DNA of 64,000 nucleotides from Deltaproteobacteria bacterium (GTDB lineage: Bacteria; Desulfobacterota; JBBIRW01): positions 71,441-135,440 of the forward strand of contig JBBIRW010000006.1 of the NCBI GenBank assembly GCA_037441565.1, read 5' to 3'. Every line of letters starts with the position of its first letter. Within the stretch, counting starts at the first letter, position 1. Made by a program: the position numbers and the translations under genes. Under the pieces are notes generated by a model. The model was given only the letters and a program-made list of their open reading frames with translations, did no database searches and was not told the DNA's origin. Of the stretch, positions 51,858-60,413 are shown piece after piece.

Positions 51858-52270
51858 ACGATCTCAATTTCCTCCTCTTCAAATTCCCCATCCTCATCTT
51901 GAAGAACCCATGATCTGGCTGTTTTGAATCTTCCCTCGTTAATGGAAACAATTATGTAGGAATAGAGGGGCCAGGCCCTCTTTCTATCAAAGATTGAAGG
52001 AAATGGGGGATTATCAGGGTGGGAATGAAAAAAGCCGATTATCTCCTTTCCGCAAGCCCTTATCTTCTCTTCAGTTCTAAGGATCTCCCTCGGGTCAATT
52101 TCATACCTATCCCTGGCCCTTTCCCTATTTATGTTTTCTGTTGGATATACCATGGATACCCTTTTTTTATTCTTTTCTATCTTCCCCACAAGGATACCGC
52201 AGACTTCAAATGGATATCCTTGTTCGGATAATTTTATTATTTCCTCCCAGACCTCCTTTTCTATCTCCAT
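51854..52270 (-). CDS. JAB/MPN (M67) metallopeptidase, Mec-like
   Basis: YPFEVCGIL, HSHPD...PS.FD JAMM motif. Confidence 0.9.
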   Translation of the reverse strand: MEIEKEVWEEIIKLSEQGYPFEVCGILVGKIEKNKKRVSMVYPTENINRERARDRYEIDPREILRTEEKIRACGKEIIGFFHSHPDNPPFPSIFDRKRAWPLYSYIIVSINEGRFKTARSWVLQDEDGEFEEEEIEIV

Positions 52271-52274
52271 CCCT

Positions 52275-53216
52275 TTAATAAATCTCCCAGAGCCTGCTAC
52301 TCAGATATTTATCGCCACCATCTGGGAATATTGTTACAATAACACCTTCGTCCAGATCTTTTATTATCTGCAGCACACCAGCAAGTGCAGCACCTGATGA
52401 AATCCCTACCAGAAGTCCTTCCTCCCTTGCAAGTCTCTTCACACACTCATAAGCCTCCTCTGTTTTTACCTTTATTATGCCATCAAGGAATTTTTCGTCG
52501 AATATACCTGGAATAATTGCAGTCTCCATATGTTTGAGGCCTTCTATTCCATGAAGGGAGGTGTCAGGCTCTACACCTATAACTTTTATCTTTTTGTTGA
52601 ATTCCTTAAGTCTTCTTCCCGTTCCCATTATCGTCCCGCCTGTTCCCACACCGGCGACAAAGTGCGTTATCCTTCCTTCAGTTTGAAGGATAATCTCAGG
52701 GCCTGTTGATTCGTAATGTGCAAGTGGATTGCACGGGTTGTTATATTGATCGGGCATGAAATATTTATCAGGGTTTTCCATATATCTCCTGTGGGCTTCC
52801 TTTATTGCCCCATCGGTTCCTTCAAGTGGATCTGTATATATAATTTCTGCACCATATGCCTTAAGGATCTTTTTTCGTTCCTCACTCGCATTCTTCGGCA
52901 TCACAAGTTCGACCCTGTATCCCTTTATAGCTGCGATCATCGCATATGCAATTCCTGTATTGCCGGAGGTCGAATCAAGTATTATCTTATCCTTTGTTAA
53001 CTTTCCTGTTCTTTCACCATCAAGGATCATCTTTAGTGCAGGCCTGTCTTTTACCGATCCTCCGGGATTGAACCATTCAAGCTTTGCATAAACCTCAACC
53101 TTTTTAAAATCTCTTGTTATGTTGTTTAATTTTATAAGCGGTGTGTTTCCAACAAGATCCAGTATGTTTCTTGTGCGAAAGTTTTTATCAGGCTCAACAT
53201 TAAGTCCTTTTTTCAT
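52275..53216 (-). CDS. cysM: Cysteine synthase (CysM/CysK family)
   Basis: GNTPL, NPGGSVKDR, TSGNTG, GVGTGGT, FPDGGDKYLS. Confidence 0.88.
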   Translation of the reverse strand: MKKGLNVEPDKNFRTRNILDLVGNTPLIKLNNITRDFKKVEVYAKLEWFNPGGSVKDRPALKMILDGERTGKLTKDKIILDSTSGNTGIAYAMIAAIKGYRVELVMPKNASEERKKILKAYGAEIIYTDPLEGTDGAIKEAHRRYMENPDKYFMPDQYNNPCNPLAHYESTGPEIILQTEGRITHFVAGVGTGGTIMGTGRRLKEFNKKIKVIGVEPDTSLHGIEGLKHMETAIIPGIFDEKFLDGIIKVKTEEAYECVKRLAREEGLLVGISSGAALAGVLQIIKDLDEGVIVTIFPDGGDKYLSSRLWEIY

Positions 53217-53240
53217 AATAGTTGCTCCGGATCAGGATTT

Positions 53241-54050
53241 TTAATGTCTGATATTGCAGAATTCATCATAATCTATAAGCTGCCTGATGGTCGGATTATC
53301 TCCACACAGAGGACATTGAGGGTTTTTCTTTAACTTTAATTCACGAAAAGACATCTTCAGTGCATCGAAAATGAGCAACCTTCCAGTTAATGTCTTCCCT
53401 ATTCCAAGGAGGATCTTTATTGTTTCAACTGCCTGTATTGTCCCGATAATTCCCGGAAGCACACCGAGAACGCCTGCCTCCTGACAGCTTGGAACCATAC
53501 CGGGCGGCGGGGGTTCTGGATAGAGGCATCTGTAACAGGGCCCATTCTTTGGATCAAAAACCGTTGCCTGACCTTCAAATCTGAATATGCTTCCGTGAAT
53601 ATTTACCTTTCCTGAAAGCACACAGGCATCATTGACAAGATATCTTGTAGGAAAGTTGTCACATCCATCAACAATAACATCATAATCCTTTATTATTCCA
53701 AAAATGTTTTCTGAGGTAAGTTTTTCTTTATAGGAGATAACCTTTATATCGGGATTGAGCGCAGTTAAAGTCTCCTTTGCAGATTCAACCTTTGGCTTGC
53801 CTATATCGTTTGTTGAATGAAGGATCTGTCTCTGAAGGTTTGAGATATCAACGATATCAAAATCAACAATACCTATTGTTCCTATACCAGCTGCAGCGAG
53901 GTAGTATGCAGCCGGTGAACCAAGTCCACCTGCTCCTATAAGGAGGACCCTGGATGAAAGAAGTTTTTTCTGACCCTTCCCTCCAACTTCCGGAAGGATG
54001 ATATGGCGGCTGTATCTTTTTATCTGGTCTTCAGTAAATGACATCTTCAA
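53241..54050 (-). CDS. MoeB/ThiF adenylyltransferase (no rhodanese domain)
   Basis: RYSRH, GAGGLG, SNLQRQ, CYRC, PSCQEAG, CPLC. Confidence 0.92.
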   Translation of the reverse strand: MKMSFTEDQIKRYSRHIILPEVGGKGQKKLLSSRVLLIGAGGLGSPAAYYLAAAGIGTIGIVDFDIVDISNLQRQILHSTNDIGKPKVESAKETLTALNPDIKVISYKEKLTSENIFGIIKDYDVIVDGCDNFPTRYLVNDACVLSGKVNIHGSIFRFEGQATVFDPKNGPCYRCLYPEPPPPGMVPSCQEAGVLGVLPGIIGTIQAVETIKILLGIGKTLTGRLLIFDALKMSFRELKLKKNPQCPLCGDNPTIRQLIDYDEFCNIRH

Positions 54051-54067
54051 CCCTCTCTATTATTTTT

Positions 54068-54310
54068 CTATTCAATTATGTTCAATTCAACAGGTTCTAC
54101 TTTTATCTCTTTTTCTTTGAGAAAATTTATTGCCTTTTCCAGTTCCTCCCTTTCCCCCTCCATTTCAAGAGCAACAATACCAATCTCATCTGAAACACTT
54201 GCCTGTCTTATGTTTGTTATAACATCAAAATTTTTGCCCACCATCCATATGATGGGTTCCTTTATAAGCTTCTGGGGAAATGTTAACCATACTTTAATCT
54301 TTTCCCTCAT
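54068..54310 (-). CDS. Stand-alone NIL-domain protein
   Basis: LTFP...EPII...TNIRQA pattern, 80 aa. Confidence 0.75.
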   Translation of the reverse strand: MREKIKVWLTFPQKLIKEPIIWMVGKNFDVITNIRQASVSDEIGIVALEMEGEREELEKAINFLKEKEIKVEPVELNIIE

Positions 54311-54319
54311 AGTTACCCC

Positions 54320-54601
54320 TCAAATAACTCCTCCTGCTATTGCAGGAACAATGGAGATTTCATCTCCATCATTTAGTTTCGTTGTTATATTATCGAGAAA
54401 TCTGATATCCTCCTGATTTACATAGATGTTTACAAATTTTTTAACTTCACCATTTTCATCACAGATCCTTTCCTTCATCCCTGGAAATTCCCTGTCCAGA
54501 TATTCGATGACCTCCGCCACTGTACTCCCTTCAGCCTTTACCTCCTCCAGACCCTTTGTTAGTCTTCTTAAAGGTGTTGGAATCCTCACTGTTACTCCCA
54601 T
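54320..54601 (-). CDS. MoaD/CysO-like ubiquitin-fold sulfur carrier with GG-VI C-terminus
   Basis: VRIPTPLR, FVNIYVN, VPAIAGG followed by VI. Confidence 0.9.
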   Translation of the reverse strand: MGVTVRIPTPLRRLTKGLEEVKAEGSTVAEVIEYLDREFPGMKERICDENGEVKKFVNIYVNQEDIRFLDNITTKLNDGDEISIVPAIAGGVI

Positions 54602-54629
54602 AACGTATCATCCTCCTTGTTTAAGAACT

Positions 54630-55877
54630 TTATTTCTTTGAATGTTTTTTTCTTTCCTTTAGAAACTGATCAAATTCCGAAAGCTTGGCATTTATAATCA
54701 CAGGATCGGGAATCCTTCCATAAACGGCTTCCTGTGTCTTTAAACCATTTCCAGTTATACATAGCACAATGGATTCATCACGCGGGATTATGCGTTTATC
54801 TATCAATTTCTTTGCAACACCAACAGTAACTCCACCGGCAGTTTCTGCAAATATACCTTCTGTTTTTGCGAGTATTTTAATTCCTTCAATAATTTCCTCA
54901 TCGGATACATCTTCACCATATCCACCACTTTCCTTCATGGTCTTGATTGCATAATATCCGTCTGCAGGATTTCCTATAGCAAGCGATTTTGCAATTGTTG
55001 ATGGTTTAACAGGTGTGAATATATCCTTCCCCTGTTTTATAGCAGTCACTATTGGTGCACACCCTGAAGCCTGTGCGCCGTATATCTTTGCTTCATTCTT
55101 TTTTATAAAACCGAGCTTTTCAAATTCAATAAATGCTTTCCAGATCTTTGTTATGAGAGAACCTCCAGCCATAGGAACTACTATGTGCCTTGGTGTCCTC
55201 CAGCCAAGCTGCTCCATGATTTCGTATCCGAAGGCCTTGGACCCCTCTGCATAATAAGGTCTGATGTTGATATTTACAAACGCCCAGCCGTATTTGCCAG
55301 CTATTTCGCTGCAGAGTCTGTTTACCTCATCATAAGTACCCCTGATACCTATAAGGCAGGCACCGTAAATGCTCGTTCCGATTATTTTCCCCTGCTCCAG
55401 ATCCGCTGGAATAAATATATAGCTTTCCATTCCGCTTTGAGCAGCCTGTGCGGCAACAGAGTTGGCGAGATTTCCCGTTGATGCGCATGCAACAATTTGA
55501 AAACCGAACTCCCTTGCCTTTGATATAGCAACAGAAACCACTCGATCTTTAAATGAAAGGGTTGGATGATTTACTGCATCATTTTTAATGTAAAGTTCCT
55601 TTACTCCAAGCACCTTTGCCAGATTGTTTGCTCTGATCAGCGGAGTAAATCCAACATCCACACCCACAGTTGGTGGAAAATCAAGGGGGAGCAGTTCCCT
55701 GTATCTCCACATGTTTGCAGGACGCCTTACAATGGTCTCCCGTGTAAGCGACTTTTTTATCTCATCATATTTGTAGACAACCTCGAGAGGACCGAAACAG
55801 AATTCGCATACATGTAGCGGTTCTTTGGGATATTCCCTTCCACATTCCCTGCATCTTAGACCTTTTACAAAGCTCAT
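54630..55877 (-). CDS. Threonine synthase-like PLP enzyme with N-terminal Zn ribbon
   Basis: CRECG...CEFC; PTLSFKDR; ASTGN; ITGNGLK. Confidence 0.85.
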   Translation of the reverse strand: MSFVKGLRCRECGREYPKEPLHVCEFCFGPLEVVYKYDEIKKSLTRETIVRRPANMWRYRELLPLDFPPTVGVDVGFTPLIRANNLAKVLGVKELYIKNDAVNHPTLSFKDRVVSVAISKAREFGFQIVACASTGNLANSVAAQAAQSGMESYIFIPADLEQGKIIGTSIYGACLIGIRGTYDEVNRLCSEIAGKYGWAFVNINIRPYYAEGSKAFGYEIMEQLGWRTPRHIVVPMAGGSLITKIWKAFIEFEKLGFIKKNEAKIYGAQASGCAPIVTAIKQGKDIFTPVKPSTIAKSLAIGNPADGYYAIKTMKESGGYGEDVSDEEIIEGIKILAKTEGIFAETAGGVTVGVAKKLIDKRIIPRDESIVLCITGNGLKTQEAVYGRIPDPVIINAKLSEFDQFLKERKKHSKK

Positions 55878-55917
55878 CCCTCTTCTCCTTTCTGCTCAAA
55901 GCAAGCAGTATAAAAGT

Positions 55918-56745
55918 TTAATTTCCAGAGGCACATAACATCTCTCCTGCAGTTCTAATTGGTTTTCTGATTGAGGCATGAGGTCCACAGACAGGACAAC
56001 TGCTATTTCTTTTTATTTTAATTTCGCTAAAAGAAAGATAGAAGGCATCTATGAAAAGTATTCTATCAATAAGAAAATCCCCTATCGAAAGGATTACCTT
56101 TATAACCTCGGCTGCCTGTATGAGTCCTGCTATTCCTGCAACCGGTCCCAGTATTCCCGCTTCCTGACATGTTGGGACAGCTCCTTCAGGAGGTGGTGAT
56201 GGGATTAAACAGCGATAACAGGCACTTCTTCCCGGAAGAACCGTCATAACATGACCAAATAGCCTGACTACAGCGGCTATTACAAGAGGTTTGCCTGATA
56301 GGATAGATGCATCATTGACAAGCAGTTTTGTCGGGATATTATCAGAGCCTTCAGCTATTACATCATATCCATCTATGATATCCATTATATTTTTTTCATC
56401 GATCCTGAGATCGTAAGTCTCAACTTTTACATCAGGGTTGAGGGTGGTGATCTTTTCACAGGCGGAAAGTGTCTTTGGTTTTCCTATGTCCTTTGTAAAA
56501 TGGATTATCTGACGATGTAGATTTGATAACTCAACCCTGTCTCCATCCACAATCCCTATCCTGCCTACCCCGGCTGCCGCAAGGTAAAGTGCGGCAGGTG
56601 AACCGAGTCCTCCTGCTCCGACAATCAGCACGCTGGATGCGAGAAGCTTCTTCTGCCCCTTCCCTCCAAGTTCTGGAAGGATGATATGCCTGCTATATCT
56701 TCTTATCCTTTCTTCGGTAAGTTCATTAAGCATAGATTGGGCCAT
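55918..56745 (-). CDS. Second MoeB/ThiF adenylyltransferase
   Basis: RYSRH, GAGGLG, SNLHRQ, CYRC, PTCQEAG, CPVC; start taken at ATG just after the Rrf2 stop. Confidence 0.9.
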   Translation of the reverse strand: MAQSMLNELTEERIRRYSRHIILPELGGKGQKKLLASSVLIVGAGGLGSPAALYLAAAGVGRIGIVDGDRVELSNLHRQIIHFTKDIGKPKTLSACEKITTLNPDVKVETYDLRIDEKNIMDIIDGYDVIAEGSDNIPTKLLVNDASILSGKPLVIAAVVRLFGHVMTVLPGRSACYRCLIPSPPPEGAVPTCQEAGILGPVAGIAGLIQAAEVIKVILSIGDFLIDRILFIDAFYLSFSEIKIKRNSSCPVCGPHASIRKPIRTAGEMLCASGN

Positions 56746-56746
56746 T

Positions 56747-57235
56747 CTATATAAATTCTGCTTCCCCATTTTTTATTGATTCCAGTCCGAGCTTTTTCCC
56801 CTTCTGACAGAGATCCTTTATGCTTATTGAATCAAAGAATTCACTTATCCGATCCTCAAGCTCCTTCCATATTGGGGTTGTGATACATTTATCGGCGCAA
56901 TTTGTTTTTAGATTACAGTTTGGTCTGATGGAGAACCGGGGAGTCTTCCTGAATTCGTCACAGAATACAAGCCTTATGGGTCCTTCAGTAGCCCTGATTA
57001 TGTCACCGATTGTAATTTTTTCCGGTTCCCTGACAAGAAAATATCCTCCTGACCTCCCCCTTCTGCTCCTCACAATCTCGGCCCTTTTCAATTTCTGGAA
57101 GATCTGTTCAAGATAACGCGGAGGTATCTTCTGCCTTTTAGAGATGTCTTTTATCTGGGCACATTTTCCATCAGCGTAGTATGCAATATCAAAAACAGCC
57201 CTTACCCCGTATCTTATCTTTGTATTAAGCCTCAT
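56747..57235 (-). CDS. Rrf2-family regulator (IscR/CymR-like) with Cys-rich segment
   Basis: RYG, YLEQIF, SRRGRSGGY, C...C...C...C before PIW. Confidence 0.9.
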   Translation of the reverse strand: MRLNTKIRYGVRAVFDIAYYADGKCAQIKDISKRQKIPPRYLEQIFQKLKRAEIVRSRRGRSGGYFLVREPEKITIGDIIRATEGPIRLVFCDEFRKTPRFSIRPNCNLKTNCADKCITTPIWKELEDRISEFFDSISIKDLCQKGKKLGLESIKNGEAEFI

Positions 57236-57254
57236 TTTTATTAAAGAATTTTAA

Positions 57255-57290
57255 GGTAATTTATTTAAATAAGTTTACCATTTTTGTCAA
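57255..57290 (-). promoter_or_regulatory. Sigma-70-like promoter with overlapping inverted repeat (candidate Rrf2 operator)
   Basis: TTGACA at 57290-57285; GGTAA-TTTATTTAAATAAG-TTTACC dyad with a perfect TTATTTAAATAA core over the -10 region. Confidence 0.55.
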
Positions 57291-57318
57291 GAAAAAAATA
57301 CTGTCCTTTTGAAAAATT

Positions 57319-58011
57319 TCACTCGTTCCACTTACCCTTCTTTTTTCCTCCCTTAATTTTCCCCTTTCCTCCTTTTCCCTCTTTGTGACCTTTCCCTTCA
57401 TAACCCCTTTCATGCTCCTTCATTTTTGCCTTTTCAAATTTTTCAGGATGTCTTTCAAGTTCACCGCTGATTATTCTTAAATAGGGCTCCCTTTCCCTCC
57501 TTTTTAGTACCTCCTCAGGCTTTATTTTATAATACTCTGAGGCAATTCTAAGATGGATAAATTCCCTTATTTCCTCATCGGAGAGCTTTATTTTTAAATG
57601 CTTATGTTTCCTCCAGTAACCGTAAGCCCTTCCATAGGGCGGGCCGACATTAATGTGGGCAGGTATGGGAACGATATATATATCAGGCTTTAGCCTTAGC
57701 TTGATCGTTATTTCATACCAGCTCATACCCGCAAGGCGCCATTTAATTATAACTTCCGGCTTTACCCGGCCTTTCTTAGAGAGAAAAAGGACAACAGGAA
57801 CCTCTTCCACTGGAATCCCCATATGCTCACAGTGGTAGATAACATCGGGCTCAACATTATAATAATCGCTATAGACGAATCTTATCCTTGCCTCAGGCGT
57901 GGAGATACCTATGGAGAATTGAACGGTGGCTTGGGCAATAGATGTTAGAATGAATATAAAGATGGTTAGAGTGGCTACTGTTTTTAATTTAGGATTCATA
58001 ATGCCCCCCAT
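57319..58011 (-). CDS. Exported hypothetical protein with Lys/Gly-rich tail
   Basis: Signal peptide ending AQA; GPPYGRAYGYW; GK-rich C-terminus. Confidence 0.7.
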   Translation of the reverse strand: MGGIMNPKLKTVATLTIFIFILTSIAQATVQFSIGISTPEARIRFVYSDYYNVEPDVIYHCEHMGIPVEEVPVVLFLSKKGRVKPEVIIKWRLAGMSWYEITIKLRLKPDIYIVPIPAHINVGPPYGRAYGYWRKHKHLKIKLSDEEIREFIHLRIASEYYKIKPEEVLKRREREPYLRIISGELERHPEKFEKAKMKEHERGYEGKGHKEGKGGKGKIKGGKKKGKWNE

Positions 58012-58689
58012 TCATTTAAGTATTTTACCAGTCTTTATGCTCCAGAGAAGCAGATCCAGTTCATCGACCGGGATGCCTATAGATTTTGAGAAACGAATAA
58101 ATTTTTCTTCCATTTCGAGATACTCCCTCCTTGTGGAGGGTCTTTTTGGTCTTTCAATGATACCCAATTCCCACATAGTATTGATGATGTGTTTATCAAG
58201 GATCGCATATCCATTGAATCCTATGTTTCTCAAAAAATGGCTTGCCTCCTTAAATCCAACACCCTTTATCCCTGGATTCAGTGCTATTATATCCCTCCTC
58301 TTTATCCTGTTGGTTATAGCTGAAAGCCTCTCACCTATTACAAATCCCCATTTTTCATTTATATAATTTCTTGTTTCCCATATATACAATGCCCTTGTTC
58401 TCCAGTATCTATGTCTGCCCCTCAATTTTTCCATAAGTTCAGATGGTTTGGCTGTAAATATGGAGTCACCAAGATGGGATATGCAGTTAATCCCCATAAT
58501 TGCACTTGCCCCTGCTGTGAGTATACAGAAGCAAAGCTCCTTGAATATTTCCCTGTCTCCTTTTTTAAATACCTCTTTAAACTCCTTCAGTCTTTCCCGG
58601 ATCAGGAATTTCTTTTTTTCGTAATCGTAAAGGATTTCATCGAGTAAGGACATATTATATAAGGTAGTTATCGATTTTAATAAAATCAA
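58012..58689 (-). CDS. ogg: 8-oxoguanine DNA glycosylase/AP lyase (Ogg2/archaeal-type)
   Basis: ELCFCILTA, GVGFKEASHFLRNIG, AILDKH, DLLLW...TGKILK; start probably the internal ATG (MSLL). Confidence 0.85.
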   Translation of the reverse strand: MILLKSITTLYNMSLLDEILYDYEKKKFLIRERLKEFKEVFKKGDREIFKELCFCILTAGASAIMGINCISHLGDSIFTAKPSELMEKLRGRHRYWRTRALYIWETRNYINEKWGFVIGERLSAITNRIKRRDIIALNPGIKGVGFKEASHFLRNIGFNGYAILDKHIINTMWELGIIERPKRPSTRREYLEMEEKFIRFSKSIGIPVDELDLLLWSIKTGKILK

Positions 58690-58710
58690 GAAAACTTTTA
58701 CATGGTTTTA

Positions 58711-58739
58711 TTGACGCCTCCATTTTTTGGTGGTATATT
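58711..58739 (+). promoter_or_regulatory. Sigma-70 promoter for the carD operon
   Basis: TTGACG-17 bp-TATATT with TG extended -10. Confidence 0.7.
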
Positions 58740-58781
58740 AAAAAAATATAAATCTATTGGTTTTTCGCGAGTTTAGAGGAA

Positions 58782-59267
58782 ATGTTTAAGATCGGTGATA
58801 TAGGTGTTATTCCAATGCACGGTGTGGGGGTGCTTGAGGATATAAGGGAAGAGGAGGTATCCGGTGTCTCTTATAAATTTTACGTATTCAGGCTTTACAA
58901 TGGCGGGATGACTGTAATGATACCTGTGGAAAATGCCGAGACTACAGGATTGAGGGGGGTTATCGATAAGAAGGAGATTCCAAAAATTTATAAAATACTT
59001 CAGGAAAGGAGCCCCCATTCAAATAATAATCATACGTGGAACAAAAGATACAGGGAGTATATGGAGAAATTAAAAAGTGGTTCAATTTTTGATGTGGCAG
59101 CTGTGGTGAGGGATCTCTGTTTGTTACAGGTTGAAAAGCCTCTCTCCTTCGGAGAGAAAAAAATGCTGGAAGCAGCAAGGAACCTCCTTGTAATGGAGAT
59201 CTCCATAGCAAAAAATATTAATGAAGAGATGGTCGAAAAAGAGATAATGAGGATTATAAAGCCTTAA
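58782..59267 (+). CDS. carD: CarD-family transcription factor
   Basis: FKIGD..V.PMHGVG, WNKRYR, LSFGEKK. Confidence 0.9.
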   Translation: MFKIGDIGVIPMHGVGVLEDIREEEVSGVSYKFYVFRLYNGGMTVMIPVENAETTGLRGVIDKKEIPKIYKILQERSPHSNNNHTWNKRYREYMEKLKSGSIFDVAAVVRDLCLLQVEKPLSFGEKKMLEAARNLLVMEISIAKNINEEMVEKEIMRIIKP

Positions 59268-59280
59268 ATCCCCAGCATGC

Positions 59281-60351
59281 ATGTTCCAGAAAAAGGAGGT
59301 GATAAGTAAACAGATGGGTTTAAGAATAATAAAGGCCCTTTTCATACTTATAAGTTCAATAATAGGGTATTTTATCGCATATGCCATATACGAGAGCCTG
59401 TATACCAGTTTGATAGGCTCAGCAATCGGTATCATTTTATCCTTTACAGTGATTTCCCTTGAAAGATCAATAATGAGGCTTCCTCTAAAGGTCATACTCG
59501 GTGGTTTTATCGGTCTTGTTATGGGTTTGATTGCGTCGAGATATCTTGCGGGGATTCTCCTTCTCGATATTTATAGAAATCCAACACTTGTTACCTCCCT
59601 ATATCTTCTGATAAGTGTGATTGTTGGGTATCTCGGGCTTTCAATAGGGGTGAAAAAGGGAGAGGAGGTAGATTTTACAAAGATTAAATGGTTTTCTGGA
59701 AAGATTTACTCAAAGGGTGATAATGCAAAGATCCTGGATACAAGTGCAATAATAGATGGAAGGATCGCTGATATATGTGAGGTGGGTTTCATGGAGGGCG
59801 CACTTATAATACCACAGTTTATATTAAAGGAGCTCCAGCATATAGCAGACTCCTCGGATTCTATAAAGAGGGCAAGGGGAAGAAGGGGTCTTGAGGTACT
59901 GCAGAGATTACAGAAGCTTGAGGGTGTCGAGGTGAGGATATCAGATCATGATTTCCCTAAGCATAAAGATGTGGACACAAAACTTGTTTCCCTTGCAAAG
60001 AAACTTGGCGTGAAAATAATAACTAATGATTATAATCTCAACAAGGTTGCCGAATTGCAGGGTGTTAGTGTGCTGAATATAAATCAGCTGGCCAACGCAT
60101 TAAAGCCTGTCGTGCTTCCAGGAGAGGTAATGAATATAAAGGTTCTTAAAGAAGGGAAAGAGCATGGACAGGGCGTTGGATATCTTGATGATGGCACAAT
60201 GGTTGTTGTTGATAATGCAAAAAAATATATGGGGAAGAATGTTGAAGTTGCTGTTACGAGTGTATTACAGACAGCAGCTGGAAGGATGATCTTCTGCAAG
60301 ATAAAGGATGAGTTGAAAGAAGATGTTGTGGAGGAGGCAGTTGGTAACTGA
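59281..60351 (+). CDS. Membrane PIN/TRAM-domain protein (YacL-like)
   Basis: Four TM; [37 protein letters not shown]. Confidence 0.9.
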   Translation: MFQKKEVISKQMGLRIIKALFILISSIIGYFIAYAIYESLYTSLIGSAIGIILSFTVISLERSIMRLPLKVILGGFIGLVMGLIASRYLAGILLLDIYRNPTLVTSLYLLISVIVGYLGLSIGVKKGEEVDFTKIKWFSGKIYSKGDNAKILDTSAIIDGRIADICEVGFMEGALIIPQFILKELQHIADSSDSIKRARGRRGLEVLQRLQKLEGVEVRISDHDFPKHKDVDTKLVSLAKKLGVKIITNDYNLNKVAELQGVSVLNINQLANALKPVVLPGEVMNIKVLKEGKEHGQGVGYLDDGTMVVVDNAKKYMGKNVEVAVTSVLQTAAGRMIFCKIKDELKEDVVEEAVGN

Positions 60352-60369
60352 GATTTAAGCATTGCTATT

Positions 60370-60401
60370 AACCCACGGGGATTGCCTCCCGTGGGTTTTT
60401 T
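60370..60401 (+). terminator. Intrinsic terminator
   Basis: AACCCACGGG...CCCGTGGGTT hairpin followed by a T run. Confidence 0.8.
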
Positions 60402-60413
60402 GACGGTGGAGAA

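Noticed and set aside
54068-54601. The sulfur carrier's TGA is in frame with the NIL ORF (TGA GGG GTA ACT ATG), suggesting selenocysteine or read-through fusion
   Set aside because: The NIL gene has its own GAGGGG RBS at normal spacing, the TGA does not align with an expected Cys, and I saw no SECIS-like hairpin.
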